Part shown: piece by piece, positions 12,595 through 26,395 of the stretch
Layout of the letters: every line of letters starts with the position of its first letter
How positions within the stretch are numbered: the stretch's first letter is position 1
From: Oikopleura dioica
Lineage: Eukaryota > Animalia > Chordata
Reading direction: 5' to 3'
DNA: 64,000 nucleotides
Assembly (NCBI GenBank): GCA_907165135.1
Contig: OU015568.1
Span: forward strand, 11,036,001 to 11,100,000
Notes under the pieces: model-generated
Seen by the model: only the letters and a program-made list of their open reading frames with translations
Told to the model about the DNA's origin: nothing
The model's database searches: none
Program-made: the position numbers and the translations under genes

Positions 12595-14952
12595 GAAGGA
12601 GAATCGCATCATACGTTATCGACAATTGAATGAACAAGAACTAGCTAGAAAAAAGAAGAAAAGCTTTCATCCGTTCGACGCCGCGGAAATCATTTCAAAT
12701 GATCAAGTAGAAGTGATGGATTTTTTCAGAAATATTTTTGCAGGGAATAAATTGAAACTTGCCGAAGTAGAGGAATTTCTTGCTGACTACTCAAAAAATC
12801 TTAAAAGGACGACAACGAGAACGCAGAAATGCCGACTGATTCAATCATTGGAGAGACATGATTTCGAAAAAGATAAAACACCACAATTTTGGAACTGGTT
12901 TATGTTTAAAAATTGCAGTAGTGGTATAAAATGCCATGTTTACAATGAAAATAATCAAATTATGGAAGAATTCAATGCGACGGAATTCCAACAACATTTG
13001 ATTTGTGACTTTGCCGATGAGGATTTACTAGAGAAAAGAATTTGTCGATGGGAAATCAAGGAAGAAACAGGTGACTGGGAACGGTCTGGTTGCTCGAACG
13101 GGGAGAGGCCCTTATTACTGATGAGACGATTAAACATGATGTGAAAGTCAGGTTTCACCCGTTCGACTCGGGACTGTTTACCGATTTTTTGCCCGTTGAA
13201 GATGTTGATTTCAAAATTCACCTTCACACAGGTTCTTTGTAGATAAGTTTCATAAGTTTTTCAACATTTTGCTATGGCTAGATTATCAAAAAGCGACCAA
13301 GAAGAGGAAAGACAAACGAATACCTTCTCATAAAAATGTCGTCGAGCATTTGGTCAATATAGAAATTTTTGCTAAAGTGGATAAAAATGATTGTTTGGGA
13401 TGGATTACTATTATGGAGAGAGCTGATTCAAATTTGAGGGAAGCATTGCGAAAAGGAAGCCAGGCAAAAAACAGCCTGACTCTTTTGGAGCGAAAGAAAA
13501 TTGCGATGGACATAAGAGACGGCCTCAAGTATCTATTCTCTATTGATATCTGGCATTTGGACAAAAAGTTGGAAAACATTTTACTTTACAAAAAGAAAGA
13601 TGAAATTGTGGCTAAATGGATTGATTTTGGGCTTGTAATGAACACATCAATGTCAGAGAGTTATCGTCAAATGGGCTACACACGACGCGGTTCTAAATTC
13701 ACTAATCATTTCTCCCTCTGTATGTGTGATTTATTAAATATTATTCTCTAACGAAATATTAGATTGTGGAACTCCCGGCTTTTGTTCGAAAGCTCAGATC
13801 ACGGCAGCTGCGCGGGGACACCAGGACAGCGCACTTGACTTGCGGAAGATCTTTTTCTTTCTTTTCTGTGGATGGAAAGCAGCTTGGTCAATTTGTTACA
13901 AACCAATAAATGAGACTGAAAGGTTGCAGATAGATACTGACTTGAAAAAATGTAGACTCGATTGGCTTCTAAAGAAACCAATGCAGACAAATGACAATAT
14001 GCCAGAGTATGAAGACTTCCGAAAGATCAATGGTATTTTACATTTACCCCCGCAATGCGTTGCAGATTTCGATGATGAATGGATAACAAAGTCAATAAAT
14101 ATGGCTCAATTGAAGATGCAACTGACAAGGAACTATTTCTCGGACTTTCAATGCCTAACAAAGAATGTTCTTGACCAAAAAGACACAAACTTATGCGTTC
14201 CGATTTCTGTTTCGGTGCTCCTTCGCTTTGCTATCAAAGACTTTGCAATGAAATCCGCTGGAGATAAACGGGCTCTGCAAAATATCGACAAGATATTTTC
14301 GATTGAAAAAATATTAACTGTCATGGTTATGCATGTTTATCCAAGAAGCTTGGCCGGATTGAATGCAAACCCGAATAACGAGGAGAAAGAAAATCAGCTT
14401 TGCGGGATTGATATGCTCATTGAAAGATTGTGTGCTCCTACATACTCGGATCCTAGTGGTTGGGAAATCATAAGAGATTATATCCAGGATTACTATTCTT
14501 CTGATACTGGGTTTTTTACTGGAACATATTGTTCTTTCAAAGAAGGTTTATTTAATGCGTCTGTAAATATAACAGTCATTTTAGTAATAATCCACGAAAA
14601 CTATCAATTCGAACAACCACTAACAGTTACTGGAGCATATTTACACCAAAACGGGGTGGTGATATTTCATCAAATGGTTGTTGATGGGATTGTCAATTCA
14701 AATTACATCATACAGAGTTCTGACCCGCATTCAGGAGCGGTTTTGCGAATAGCTCAAGACAGAGCTTACTATGCTAGCGAAGCTTATTGCAGATCATCTA
14801 TTGATAGCTCAGTGGGACTTTGTCACAATCAGGAAAACGGCGTATCTATGATATTGGTGAACGAGCATGTTAATGATACTGTGGTGCTCATGGAACATGA
14901 AGAATGGTACCTTGAGCCACATGCATATTTGTTGCGGCTTGTGCGACAATAA
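12595..14952 (+). CDS. Atypical (non-RD) protein kinase fused to a C-terminal papain/C39-like Cys-His domain
   Basis: Kinase motifs WITIMERADSNLRE, HLDKKLENILL, WIDFGLV, then after a GT-AG intron (about 13720-13762) YCGTPGFCSKAQ continuing in frame into ORF 13840-14952, which has DQKDTNLCVPISVSVLL and FHQMVVDG...YIIQSSDP. -1 frameshift at a G-run near 13077. The 5' end is uncertain. Confidence 0.7.
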
Positions 14953-15097
14953 AGGTATCGCAATTCTTCCAGTCTGTTTTTAATTAATAATAAAGAGTGA
15001 ATCCTCGATATTCTCAATAAGATTCTGACAAATTATTCAGCAGGAAAGGATAATTTTCATTTTGATAGAGCAAAGCAAACATAAACGATTTTATATC

Positions 15098-15931
15098 ATG
15101 ATCAAAGCGCATTTAGTCACGATTCGTGATGATTTTCAACAATCTCGTGCGAAATTTGAAAATCGCATGCAAAGAAGATTTTTTCCGATTTGTATTTTTT
15201 TTCTTGAGAGATAAAATTTGCACCAGAACGCGATGTTGACTCTCGTCGATCTGATTGACGAGAACCGTGAGTTATGAGATATTTTTTGCCAAGGAAATTT
15301 TAAATTTTTATAGTTTCGCTTGAAGGAAAGATTGTTGACTTGCTGGAAGCAGAGATGTCGGCGAGGAGAGAGCTTCTTCAGGAGAAAAGTCAGCGCCAGA
15401 AAGTAATGTTTGGGTTCGTTGAGTTTTTCTCGACAATTTTAGATCGAAGCCTATGTAGACACGCTTCAGGAATACATCCGCCATTTGAAACGGAGGAATG
15501 AGATTTTATCCAACGGGTTGGAACGCATTTTCAGTTTATCTTCCTTCAAGCTAGTCTTCTATGTTTTCACCCGAGAAAAAGTAGCCCAGCAGACATATGA
15601 GCGCTCAACAATCCTCAACGATCTTAGGGAGCTCAATCTTGAAATGACATCTGTTCGAAAGGAGAAAGAAGATTTGAAGAAGAAGCGAGAAAAGTCAAAA
15701 GCAACTAGAACTGATCAAGATTGTCCAGTCTGCCAGACACAATATGGAGGAGAGAATGTCCTTGTTTGCTTCAAAACTTGCGGACATTGCCTTTGCTTCA
15801 CATGGTAAAAAGTAATACAAAAGAAAAACTCAAATTTCAGTGCGAAAAATATCACAACTTCGCCACTCAGCCACTGTCACATTTGCCGCCGAGAAGTTTC
15901 TCAGAGTTCCATTCTCAAAATATTTATGTAA
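15098..15931 (+). CDS. Coiled-coil plus C-terminal RING-HC finger protein (putative E3 ligase)
   Basis: Spliced C-terminus CPVCQTQYGGENVLVCFKTCGHCLCFTCAKNITTSPLSHCHICRRE...KIFM*; upstream heptad-rich exons. 5' exon junctions only partly resolved. Confidence 0.75.
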
Positions 15932-18900
15932 ATAAATATCCTTCCCTTTTCTGATCGATAAAAATTAAGGTTTTAATCTGACATTGTCCACTCAAGACAT
16001 ATCGCTTCTTCGATTTTTATTTCAGTTGCATTGTAAATTTGCGACGCGCTTGACGTTTTTCGGGAGACAGGGCGACCGGTTGGTGTTCTCGCGGCGACAA
16101 CGCGCGACCGCCTGGCTGGAGCCCGCATATCTACCGCGCAGCCCCAGAATATAACATTTTACTCAGATTTAAACTCTTGTCATAATAGTTTATTGTAGCT
16201 TCAAGAAATTCAGGAACTTCTCACAAACGAGCAAAAAAAGAAATATAAACAAAAAAAAATAAATACAAAAATGTACTAAACAGAATCATCGTTCGATTAT
16301 TACGTTGGATTCTTTCGGAAATTTACGATCATTCTTTGGATGATAAAATTTTATTTCTTGAAAAAGTTAATGGCCAATTAAGTCGTACTATCACTGTCGG
16401 CAGAAAAGAAGGTGACATTTGGTTTGCCAAGTGCTCCCACTCCAGAATTAATGTGACATTAACAAGCGTAAAGTCCATTTTACCAAAGCCAAAATACTAC
16501 AAAGCCCAAAAACGAAGCTCTTTAGAAAAAATAAACAACAAGGATTCAAAGTGTACTTGATTTACAGACAGTTACAGTCGGCCTAGCATTTACAGAACGT
16601 GTGCCATCGATGAGAATCGTTGATACAGTAAGTTATGGAATAGTGATATTTGCGTTTCGAATCGCTTATCGTTTTTGAGCAAATAAAACGCGTCTTCGTG
16701 AGATGGGTAAGTCGAAAATAGGAAATTTCACAAGGATTTTTCTTTACTGCAATTTCCTCTTTTCAAGTGAAAAAACATGTCGTTATTCAAAGCTTTGTTT
16801 GGGTACTTAATTTTGATTCAGACTGATTAGACTGGCCTTTTTCCCTTCATTGCATACAATACGTTTCTTTGGAGCCAAACAAATTGACATGAACAATATT
16901 ATCTGTCTATCACTTGTGTTATTGAATTACATAGCACTTCCGTTTCGACTTTGAGGAACAATCGAGGTTACTTTGCTGGACACACAGACTTAGCGTTGCT
17001 CCCTGCTCCGTCCCGTCTGGTCTCTGTCCATCTTGTGGAGCATCGACAAAGATGGAGCAACCCGCTCGTACGGCTAGGGCTCCATTGATACTACTCCATC
17101 CACGGTTGTATAAAATAGAAGGTGCGCGTTGTGTGGCGCCCCCAGTTGCCTCCGCCAATCGGGACATCGCAGGCGCCACTCTGGCGCCAGCAACTTCGAA
17201 AAAGACACCTTAATTCGCCGCCCTAGCTCACGCAGTATTTTAACTTACAACTTTCAGCTATTATCCCCAACTATACATTACTCAAGGGTTTATACACAAA
17301 TCCACGGGGAGGAGAATAGGCACACGTTTTGTGTATGATAATGTGTTTTCGCAATTCACTCTTAAAATAAGCGATTCTAACGCACAGCTCTTATTACTAA
17401 TAAGGTATTAGTCTCCAATAATGGTATGTCAATTGGGAATTAAGAACCTACAATAATTAAACTGCCCTACAAACCTACGCTACGGAACTGAATACTCTAA
17501 CATTTGTACGTGTCCTCCTTACAAGAGCTCGCATATTCGCGCACGTGATCCCGAATCGGATCTCACCACAAGTTCCGAGAGTGCCGAGTATGATGAATGA
17601 TGCGCCGGAAGCGGAACTCTCAACGCGACTCTTCAGCCTTTTGTCCATCTCTGCATAAGTTCTCTCACATCCGCTGCCAAGGAGAGATTCGCGCAACAAG
17701 CACGACGGACTAGTGTACTCAAATAGAACTTGGTGATAGACTTGCCGATTTGTTCGTTAGAAACATAATGGCGAAAGTGATTCCCTATGTGTGCCTAAGG
17801 TGCCATTATTACGTTTGGCGCGACCAGGCAGTGCCAGGCGAGGCGACGCGACGACTGGAGCCCGAAGTCAAATACTCCAAGGTCGATCAGAATGCTTCAC
17901 CATTCAATGGATACTTCAAATGTGACAGCTAGAATCTTTCAAGAGGATAAAGTTCAATCAACATAAAGTGGTCTCTTTCTATGGTTCCGGTAGAAGAAGG
18001 AACAAGACTTGTTCAACAAGTCGTTAGCTCCGCTCAAAACCCCTGATGGACTTCCTTCACGCTGATTTCGATAGCAAGTCATTAGGAGCAGGGAAGGGCC
18101 AATTAGTGGCCTCTTTAATTAGCTCAAAAATCAACCGACTGGTCGATTAGAGCTCACCGCGGCGCGCCACTCTGTCCTTCTCCTGTTCTCTATTCTTCCA
18201 AACAAGCTCCGTCCAAACTGTGCGTTGAAAATATACTTTCAAGAAAGGGATGTTTTTATGATGAATTCCTGCGGCCGAGGGATTTCTATGCTCACTCGCC
18301 AAACCTAAGAAAATGGATAAAGCCGACCGCAAAGCTTGAAATCACCCTGAATCGAAAAGGAAGCAGTTCGCAAGCTGCCTTGAAATGGAGAACTATCTCT
18401 TATCGATGCTTCTTTTTGACTATACGGAGCTTGATACGAGTATTTGTTATCCCAATCACTCACGAAGAGTTTGAGTTGTTGCTACACGCTTCGTGCAAGT
18501 ACTCAATTTCCGGCGCGTGTCAATTTCCGACTCTCTCTTTCATTTATTTATACAATCAATAATCCTTCCCTCTCTCCCTTTTCTATTTTGTGCTCCCTAA
18601 TTCAGCCCAAAAAGAGCGCTAATTCTTTGGTGCCACTTTCACGGAAACGAGACGTAAAGGATGCCACTTGACTCGGAGGAGCTTCCGGCGCGCTACTTTC
18701 CGGCCAATTTTATGCTAATGCTAAAATTCCTAAGCGATAGCGGAAATAGCGAAGTACCTCCAAGAATTCAAATAAACATTGCTCGTGAGTTACGCGCGGT
18801 GATGAGCTACCGTACAAATTGATTTCGATTTCACTTCAAGTGTTGTTTATAATAACTGGGTAATATTGCGTCAGGCCAAGGTTAATTGGGTGCCTTCCGG

Positions 18901-20478
18901 TCTGGATCATCCTATTTCATGGATCTGTATTTTTAGCCAAGCAAATACATCTTCAAGAAAACAGCTTGTGTGGCAGTATCGAAAGCAATGCTAAAATAAG
19001 TAAGTATCTCTAGTAGAAAAAAGATTTCAGGAGCATCACTTTCCTTATTCGAAAATATACACCACCAGTTGGTTGGACGTTTTGGTGGCTACTGCAAAGG
19101 TAACTTTGGCCTGTGCGGCTCCGGTCGTCTGGCCCGGTCGTCGGCCGCGCAGTAGTACCAGACGGCAAGGGGGACTCAAGGGACCCATCTCGGAGCTAAG
19201 GGGCTCCATGAGCAGATCATCTGAGCATCACAAAACCTCCTCCACCCTCACTAAGCGCTTCCGCCCGTTCAAGTGGGCTCTGTCATAATTGCCGCCCCGG
19301 ACAACCTCATTTTCAAAATCAGCTCTTCCGGCACTGAGATCCTCTGCTAGTCAAATCTCTCGACATTTGTGAGAAAATGGGTCGTCTCCATCGAAATATT
19401 CAAGCATCAACTTCTATTTTCAAAACAAAAAGTTGATTTTTACCAAACCGGGGCGCCATAAAATGCACATTTATCCTCTTTTTGACAAGTTGCGCTTTGC
19501 ATTTTCGCGTTTACTTATGTCTCTGAACCTATTTGTTCGTCCCCTTGTTTCCAAAAATAAACAATAAAGCCATCACACGGACCGCACAAACAATATAAGA
19601 CTCTGTTTTGAGGAAGATTTGCATTCCAAAGGTCCATTTCACGGTCGCTCAGGCAAAGAACGATAAACGAGTTCTTTCTTCTCTTTCTTAGAAAGTCATT
19701 TTCAACATCAGTTGAAAGACCTTTCATAATTTTAAGTAAATTTTTGGGAGAACAAGGTGATAAATCTGAAGAAACTTTCTCTTTGAATTGAAATGTCTTG
19801 TCTGAATCAAAACGATCTAAAGATTCAACGCTGAGCTTATCCTAGAATGATATTTACGAAGTATTATGAGAGAGCCGTACCCAAAATATTTGGCTGGACA
19901 CATTGGACTCGATGCCGTCTGCATCGCGCGTTCCAGACATGGCGGCACCACCGTCTCCGGTGTCCAATATGCACAATCACGTCTTAGACCCACTATCTGT
20001 CACGCTAATGACTAAAATTTGAGTACCTTCAAGTATAAGATGACTTTTTATATTGTAAAATAAAAATTCAAAAAGAAAAATTCTTCGAAGAAAAAAGGAC
20101 AAAAAATATTTTTCTCGACTATTTACAGTAGAGAAAATTTGAAATCAAGGAAGAGAACGATTTATTAAATTATAAGTGACTATTATTCCCTGATATTTCA
20201 GCTCAGTAATGAACAAGTAATGAAAGATCAAGAGAAAAAGAGTAACAGGTGGCTCGCGCTCTGAAGCTCTTGAAAACAGGTGGCGCTACTGCGCCCAACC
20301 ACTAGGCAGTTGGCTCCAGCTTGGCAGCTACTCTAAAACGACGAGACAGACCTTTTTCTTCTTTCCCAAAACGGAGTTAACAGTTTATTCGTTCCTATCT
20401 TTTAACAACAAACATTGAGAACAGAAAACAAGAGAGTACAAAACAGTGACCAGAGATTTTTATGAAAAACGGAAGAAA

Positions 20479-23400
20479 ATGTTCAGAAGAAAGAAAGAAC
20501 ACTGGCTGCTGAGTATTTTGATATTGCCACTTGTTCATGCCTATGGACCTATTTATACAGAAGGAACTACAATCACTCACAGGAACGGTGCTTAGAATTT
20601 TAAAGAGATTTGAGGGAAATTGATCATTTTCGAACAGAAAACTTTGAGTTAAAAAATAAGAGATCAAAAGAATTACCTCCGGATGATCATGATTATTTTC
20701 GAAGATGAAAGAGCTCGTAAAAGTGATGTCCTTTATGTCGACAGGTAGTTTCCTTCCCATGAGTAAAGGAATAGGGATATTGTGCGAATTTCGGTTTTTG
20801 CGTAATTCCATTTCCGTCGGCTATAAATCCTGTAGTAAAAAACGAGTACATCACACATCTGAGCTCAACTTGGCCTTTTGATCTTTTGAGCCGCTTTACG
20901 TAAAAATTATAAAACAAGTGAATTTATCGTTATTTTTTCACGCTTATCCCTGGCAAGCCCTTTCTTGATTTTTTACCGCGGTGTATTTATTATAGATGTG
21001 AAATGTTATGCTAAACATCACTAACATGAGACGCTATAAGGTCAGGAGAGGAGCCAAACAACGATTTAAAATTTCACCTTTCTTGGCTTTGAAAATATAT
21101 TTTTTTCTTTTCAATAAAGGTCAAATAGAATTTACAATGAAAAAATCAAATAACTTCTTTCTTATTCAAAAAAATTATTCAAATCCATTGATGCGTTTTT
21201 AACGAATTCAATGAAAAATCGGAAAATCAAAGCTAAGCACCTCGAAACAGGAGTATCAGAAGCGTCGGCCCCGAACGACAAAGAATAAAAGAAGAACTTT
21301 TAAACGCACTTGGCATTCCCGCTTTATGGAACACTCGATCAACGAGGAATACGGGCCCTGGTATCGCGACGGATCCGACCAAGAATTCCTTTTCGATTTT
21401 CATGCTCGACATGTACAACAAAATCACAGAGCCGAAAATGGGAGGGTCGACAGAAATCGCGGTTTTGAGTAAACCTGCGTTGAAAGTCAGGAAATCGAGG
21501 AAATCTGGATCGATTCCCTCTTCCAAGGTAACACTCTCAATAAAACAATAATTCAATTTTTACCTTGCTATGAAGCAATAAGCAAGCCTCAAAACAATAA
21601 GTCATATTTAAAAAACAAGTTCGCCAAGCTTATCAAGATTCAAGTGTACCAAGGGAAGTGAAATCGGAATTAATTGTTATTGGCATTTTACCGGGCCGGG
21701 GTCACCGTTTTCTTATTTTGGAAGTGCCACAAGAACCGGATGTACAATTCGCCATATTATCACATAACAAGCTTTTCCATAAGTGACAAAATAAATGAAC
21801 CACCACTTACCAGTCGCGTTTACTTGTTTTCTCTCTTTCGAAAACAACAAATTATCAACACGAGGCCTAAAACGGTCTCCTCAAGCCAATGAAAATAAAT
21901 ATTTTACGTGCGCATGACGGCGTAATCACCTCCTTTATCCCCATAAATCAGGGCCAGAACGGCAGGTCAGAAGGTTTTCTTTGCCAAGACGTTTCTCAGA
22001 CCAGAAATTGAAAGAACTTTCTATGTAAAATTGACCCCGTTTAATAACATTTGAAACAAATAAAAAGAAAATAATGAATCAATCATCGTAAAATAAGGAC
22101 TTTTAAAAATTCCACTCAAGATTTATTTGTCACTTCCGCTGTAATCCATTCCAGATTACAACCTTCGACCTCCTGAGAACGCGCTTTCTTTCGCGCCGGA
22201 AGTATCCCCCGTTCCCAGAAACATCGAAAGGGATGAACATTCTTGTGGCCTAGTGCTTTGCGCCCTTGTCAAAGGCTCTGTTTATTGAGACAGGAATAGT
22301 TTTTGCAAGACGCATTGCGCCCAAATACTTCCGATTAAAACCTTTCGCGCTGTGTTTGCCTTCTTCCGCTCTTTGAGGAATTCTAGCGCTTTGATAAGCC
22401 GAGAACTTGGAACAGAGTAAAAATAATATGCATTCGTGGAAGAATTCTAGCCCTTCTGCTTTGTTATAAACCGGATCGAAGATACAAGTAATATCAAATT
22501 CATCAAATGACTTGAATAACTAAAAATTTGAAATTAACCACTTCCGCCAAGTCATAAGCCGGTAATTTAAATGCGCTTGATTCTGATAGATCCGACTATC
22601 CGTTGTCAAGTCATTTTCATTGCTCGCGCTTCGACAGAAATATGGTTATAAAAGTCCCCAATTATGGAAATTTTATCGAGACCACCCGAGCAGATCAAAG
22701 CTCAAGTGTAATCCACTGGGAATGAGTTGTGTTAGCTGGCATAAGCTCGCATCGAGAGGAAGATCTCGATACAATCGCGAGCAACAGATTTTCCGCTCAA
22801 GTGGATGAAGATTTACTGACCGAGTCAGACGTAAAAACTCACTCTGTCAGCCTGTCAGAGCATGTTGCCCTTGATAAATATAGACCATTATTTTTAGCTT
22901 CAAAAGACGACTAAAAGCTAGATTTATGAATTTCCGGTTTTGTAGCATTCAAACTTTACAATCCGCGTTTTTAGACTTTCCTCTCAAATATGGAGCTTTC
23001 CACCGATGATTTGCGCGATCGAAGTGACCGAATCGTCACCATCCTGGACTCCTCTGTCACCCGTCAAAAGTCAACAGGTAAAACGACTCTGCCCCTTCAT
23101 GATGATTAAAATTGTGATTTTTGCTCTTGAGCCTGTCAAAATCCAAATCCAATTGAAATAACATCGCTAAATCTCAGCCGCCGGAAGTTGCCAATTTTAA
23201 TATGATTTCAATTCAAACGAGATTTTTCTTAGACGATTTCTTGTTAACAACAGACTTGGTATTAAAATCGTCTGGTTTAAAGTACCGGAAGCAATTTACA
23301 CCACTTTGGTGGCGGCTTGCGGTGCTCCGCCCACAGAATCAAAGTCGGTGTCTTTTTTCTTTTTGCAGCAAAACTTGATCGCCGCTTTAGAACTGATCCG

Positions 23401-25555
23401 TGCCACGGGTATATCTTTGCGTATTTGATTAAGTGGCTTAGCCGTAATCTCGTTGATTCATTATTTTGGTTTCCGGGAGCGCGCGGAGAGCTTCCGCCGG
23501 CGACGCTGCGACGCGCAAAAATCGGAAGTGGATACCCTAAAGCTACTTTCGCGGTTAATTTTCGAAGGATACTTATACAGAAAAAGAGTTCGCCGCACTC
23601 TCGAATAATAAATACAAATGCCCAGATTAATCGAGTTCAGGAAGTTTAATTCGAATATTTGTAGTGGAAGAATTTGGCAAGAAATTCCTCTTCACGATGA
23701 AAAAAGACGACGATCGTGATCTTTATGCGTCCTTGAGGTGAGTTCATTGATGTCGAACACTGTTCAAATACTCTTTTAGAATTTTCAAGGCGTCGGCAGA
23801 TGTCGCCTTCGTCGATTCTTTTGGCAATCAGACGCTGAGTGTCGTCGCTTCAATCATCAATCCGGGCCATGGTGGAACGTAAGTCAACTGGGGATGAAAT
23901 GATTTAACCGGGGAATTTTGGTAACGTGGCGAATTGACGTCATCTGCTCGCTTTTGTAGTTGCCATAATCGTTGTTGATTTCCATTTATGAGCAGCTCGG
24001 CGCTAAAATTCACACCACTAATCTTATCTGTTAATTGCTACCTTATAAGGATACAACTCATTGCTCTGAATAATATCCAAACAAACAAGTAACACTTTGT
24101 TTAATTCAGTTTCCACCACGACACGATTTCGATACTAAAAGTCAAACCGCTCGACGAAGGCTGGCTTGAGATTGATCTCACAAAAGCTGTCATCACTTGG
24201 ATGGATCATCCTGAGAGAAACCAGGGCATTTATTTGAAAGTTCTCGATCACCGAGGTAAGCAAGATGAAATCATTTTCTTTGAAATTATGATTCAAAGGA
24301 TGACTTGAAAACAACGAAGAGTACAAATTCGAAATTTCTAAAACTTTCATTTTTAGCCGAACCACTGCCCCTAAAACATGTTGGAATCGACCGTGTAGAG
24401 GAAACAGAATTCATCCCATTTCTCGCTGTATATATCAATAACAAGGACAAAAAACTTCACCCTGAAAATTCAACCAACCTTCCACAGGCTGAGCACGAGC
24501 GCACCACCCGCGCAGCACGAGAATATTCTGAGTAAGTACTCTAGGAAATGAAATTTTTACCATCGACAACGAAGATAGAAATAATCGTTTGCAGGGGCCA
24601 TAAATCACAGTTAACCTCTTCCCTGCTGAGACTGCTCGTTTCTCTGGAGCGCGCAGGTGGATAATTGGGCCACCTGCTCAGCATCAAACTGTTTCCTCTG
24701 GCTCACTTTCTCTCGAAGAAAGAAAAGCCGAGCAGCTCACACATGCAAAAATATAAAAAATATGGCAGTTTTTGTCAGACCATATAAGTTCGCTCTTGAA
24801 ATAATCTTCTATTTCGTTATTCATAATTCATCATTTTTACAACCTTCTTTTTTAGCTCCGACTCTGGAAACGCATTTTCGGACGATTCTTCCGACGACGA
24901 TAGTTTCTCATCAGATTCGTCTGCTAGAAGAACGCGAAGAAAAAGCAAAAAAAGTCGAAGAAAAGGAAGCCGAAAACGAAAGAATAAGAATCGAAACAAG
25001 CGCAAGAAGAAGATCTGCGGCAAGGAGAAATTCTATGTGAATTTCCGCGAGATCGACTGGGGGGTAAGCATAAAAAGAAAACAAGATTTAGTGACCACTT
25101 ATTAGCGTCCAACGAGTTTAGCTTCGTAATAAGCGCGTTATCGAGTTCGCAGAAGTCCGGAAACATTTTCCGGAAGGCAGCCGTTACCCCGGAAATTATA
25201 GTCTACGAGAGTAGATCACATCGTGTCTAAATCATTTCTTCAGGATTACATCTTGGCTCCAGAGGGTTATCCAGCGTACAAGTGCAGCGGAAAATGCTCG
25301 CTAGAAAATGTGGGCAAAGACGATGTTCCGATGACCAATCATGCGATCATGCAGGCGATGATGGCGAATATTGTAATATATTTCAAATAAACTTTGCGTT
25401 CTAACTTGAAATTGAAGGATAAACGCATCGAATGCCCGAAATGCGCACCGCTGAAGCTCGAAGCGATGACCATTCTGTACATGGAAGAGGACACGAGGCG
25501 TGTAACACTTCGCAAGTACGACGATATGGTGGTGAAGAAGTGCGGCTGCCATTGA
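20479..25555 (+). CDS. BMP ligand, BMP5/6/7/8-type TGF-beta family precursor
   Basis: Signal peptide MFRRKKEHWLLSILILPLVHA; prodomain motifs IKEELLNALGIP, FMLDMYN, EGWLEIDLTKAVITW...PERNQG; furin site RTRR; mature domain CGKEKFYVNFREIDWG-DYILAPEGYPAYKCSGKC...TNHAIMQ...CAPLKLEAMTILY...YDDMVVKKCGCH*. Long introns. Confidence 0.92.
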
Positions 25556-26395
25556 AAAAAGCCTTCGTACTCCTAAACTACTGTGTTGCGGCTGAAGGAA
25601 GACAAGCCGCACAGTAGCCATCTACCTCGCAGAACGGAAGCCGATGAGCCCAGTCTTGACTAGTCGCGTCTATTTATTTCACTGTATACTTTCTTTCCTG
25701 CACTCCAGTAACGATACAGTAGGTACAAAATTATGTTATCACTCTCTATCTATTACCTCACCAAAAATCATCGTCGAAAAACCTCAAGTTCAGTTTCACT
25801 ACTCTCTTCCCTACTGTGTCATTAGAAAGTTAGCTTGACTTGTAAATAGTTTGTATGACAATCTTTGTACATAGCTTTCAATGTTTTTAATTTATATTAA
25901 ATATCTATAAATAAGTAATTATTTAATTTGCTTTTTTGCACACGAAACCTGCCAGAAGTTCAGTTATGTTATCAAACAGGATTGCTTTGAAGCTATAAAT
26001 CGAGATCCTGGAATAAAAATATTTCTGTCGTTGAATTTCTCTCATTGAGCTTGAAATAAAGGATCTTTGTTGTCTCCTGCGAAATAAACTTAGATGAAGT
26101 TGAGGACCTGAAGTTGTCATTGACAACTTGTCGAATGAATAACTCCAGGTCGAATACAGCCACGGTTACAAAATTATAAAAAAATATATTATGATGATGG
26201 TACTATAACAGTTGGTAATTTGCAGTTAGAATAAATTTGCTTAGAGACGAGATTCGGCTTTTCGTTGCAAGTCCTGAAGGTCGGTCTGCGAGAGTTTAAG
26301 ATCGCTTCGTGTGTTGACGCAGTCTCGGTTCATCAAGTCGATCATTTCAGGGGCGCTGAATTGATATGATTTTTTTAAAGAGATTGACTAGTAAT

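Noticed and set aside
19935-19956. Smad/BMP response element upstream of the BMP gene (GGCGGC...GTCT)
   Set aside because: The spacer is 6 nt rather than the 5 nt required for the GRCGNC-N5-GTCT composite site.
21802-25680. Similar about 25 bp segments in a BMP intron (21802) and the 3'UTR (25650), both translating as LTSRVYLF
   Set aside because: Short, imperfect and non-coding; compatible with chance.
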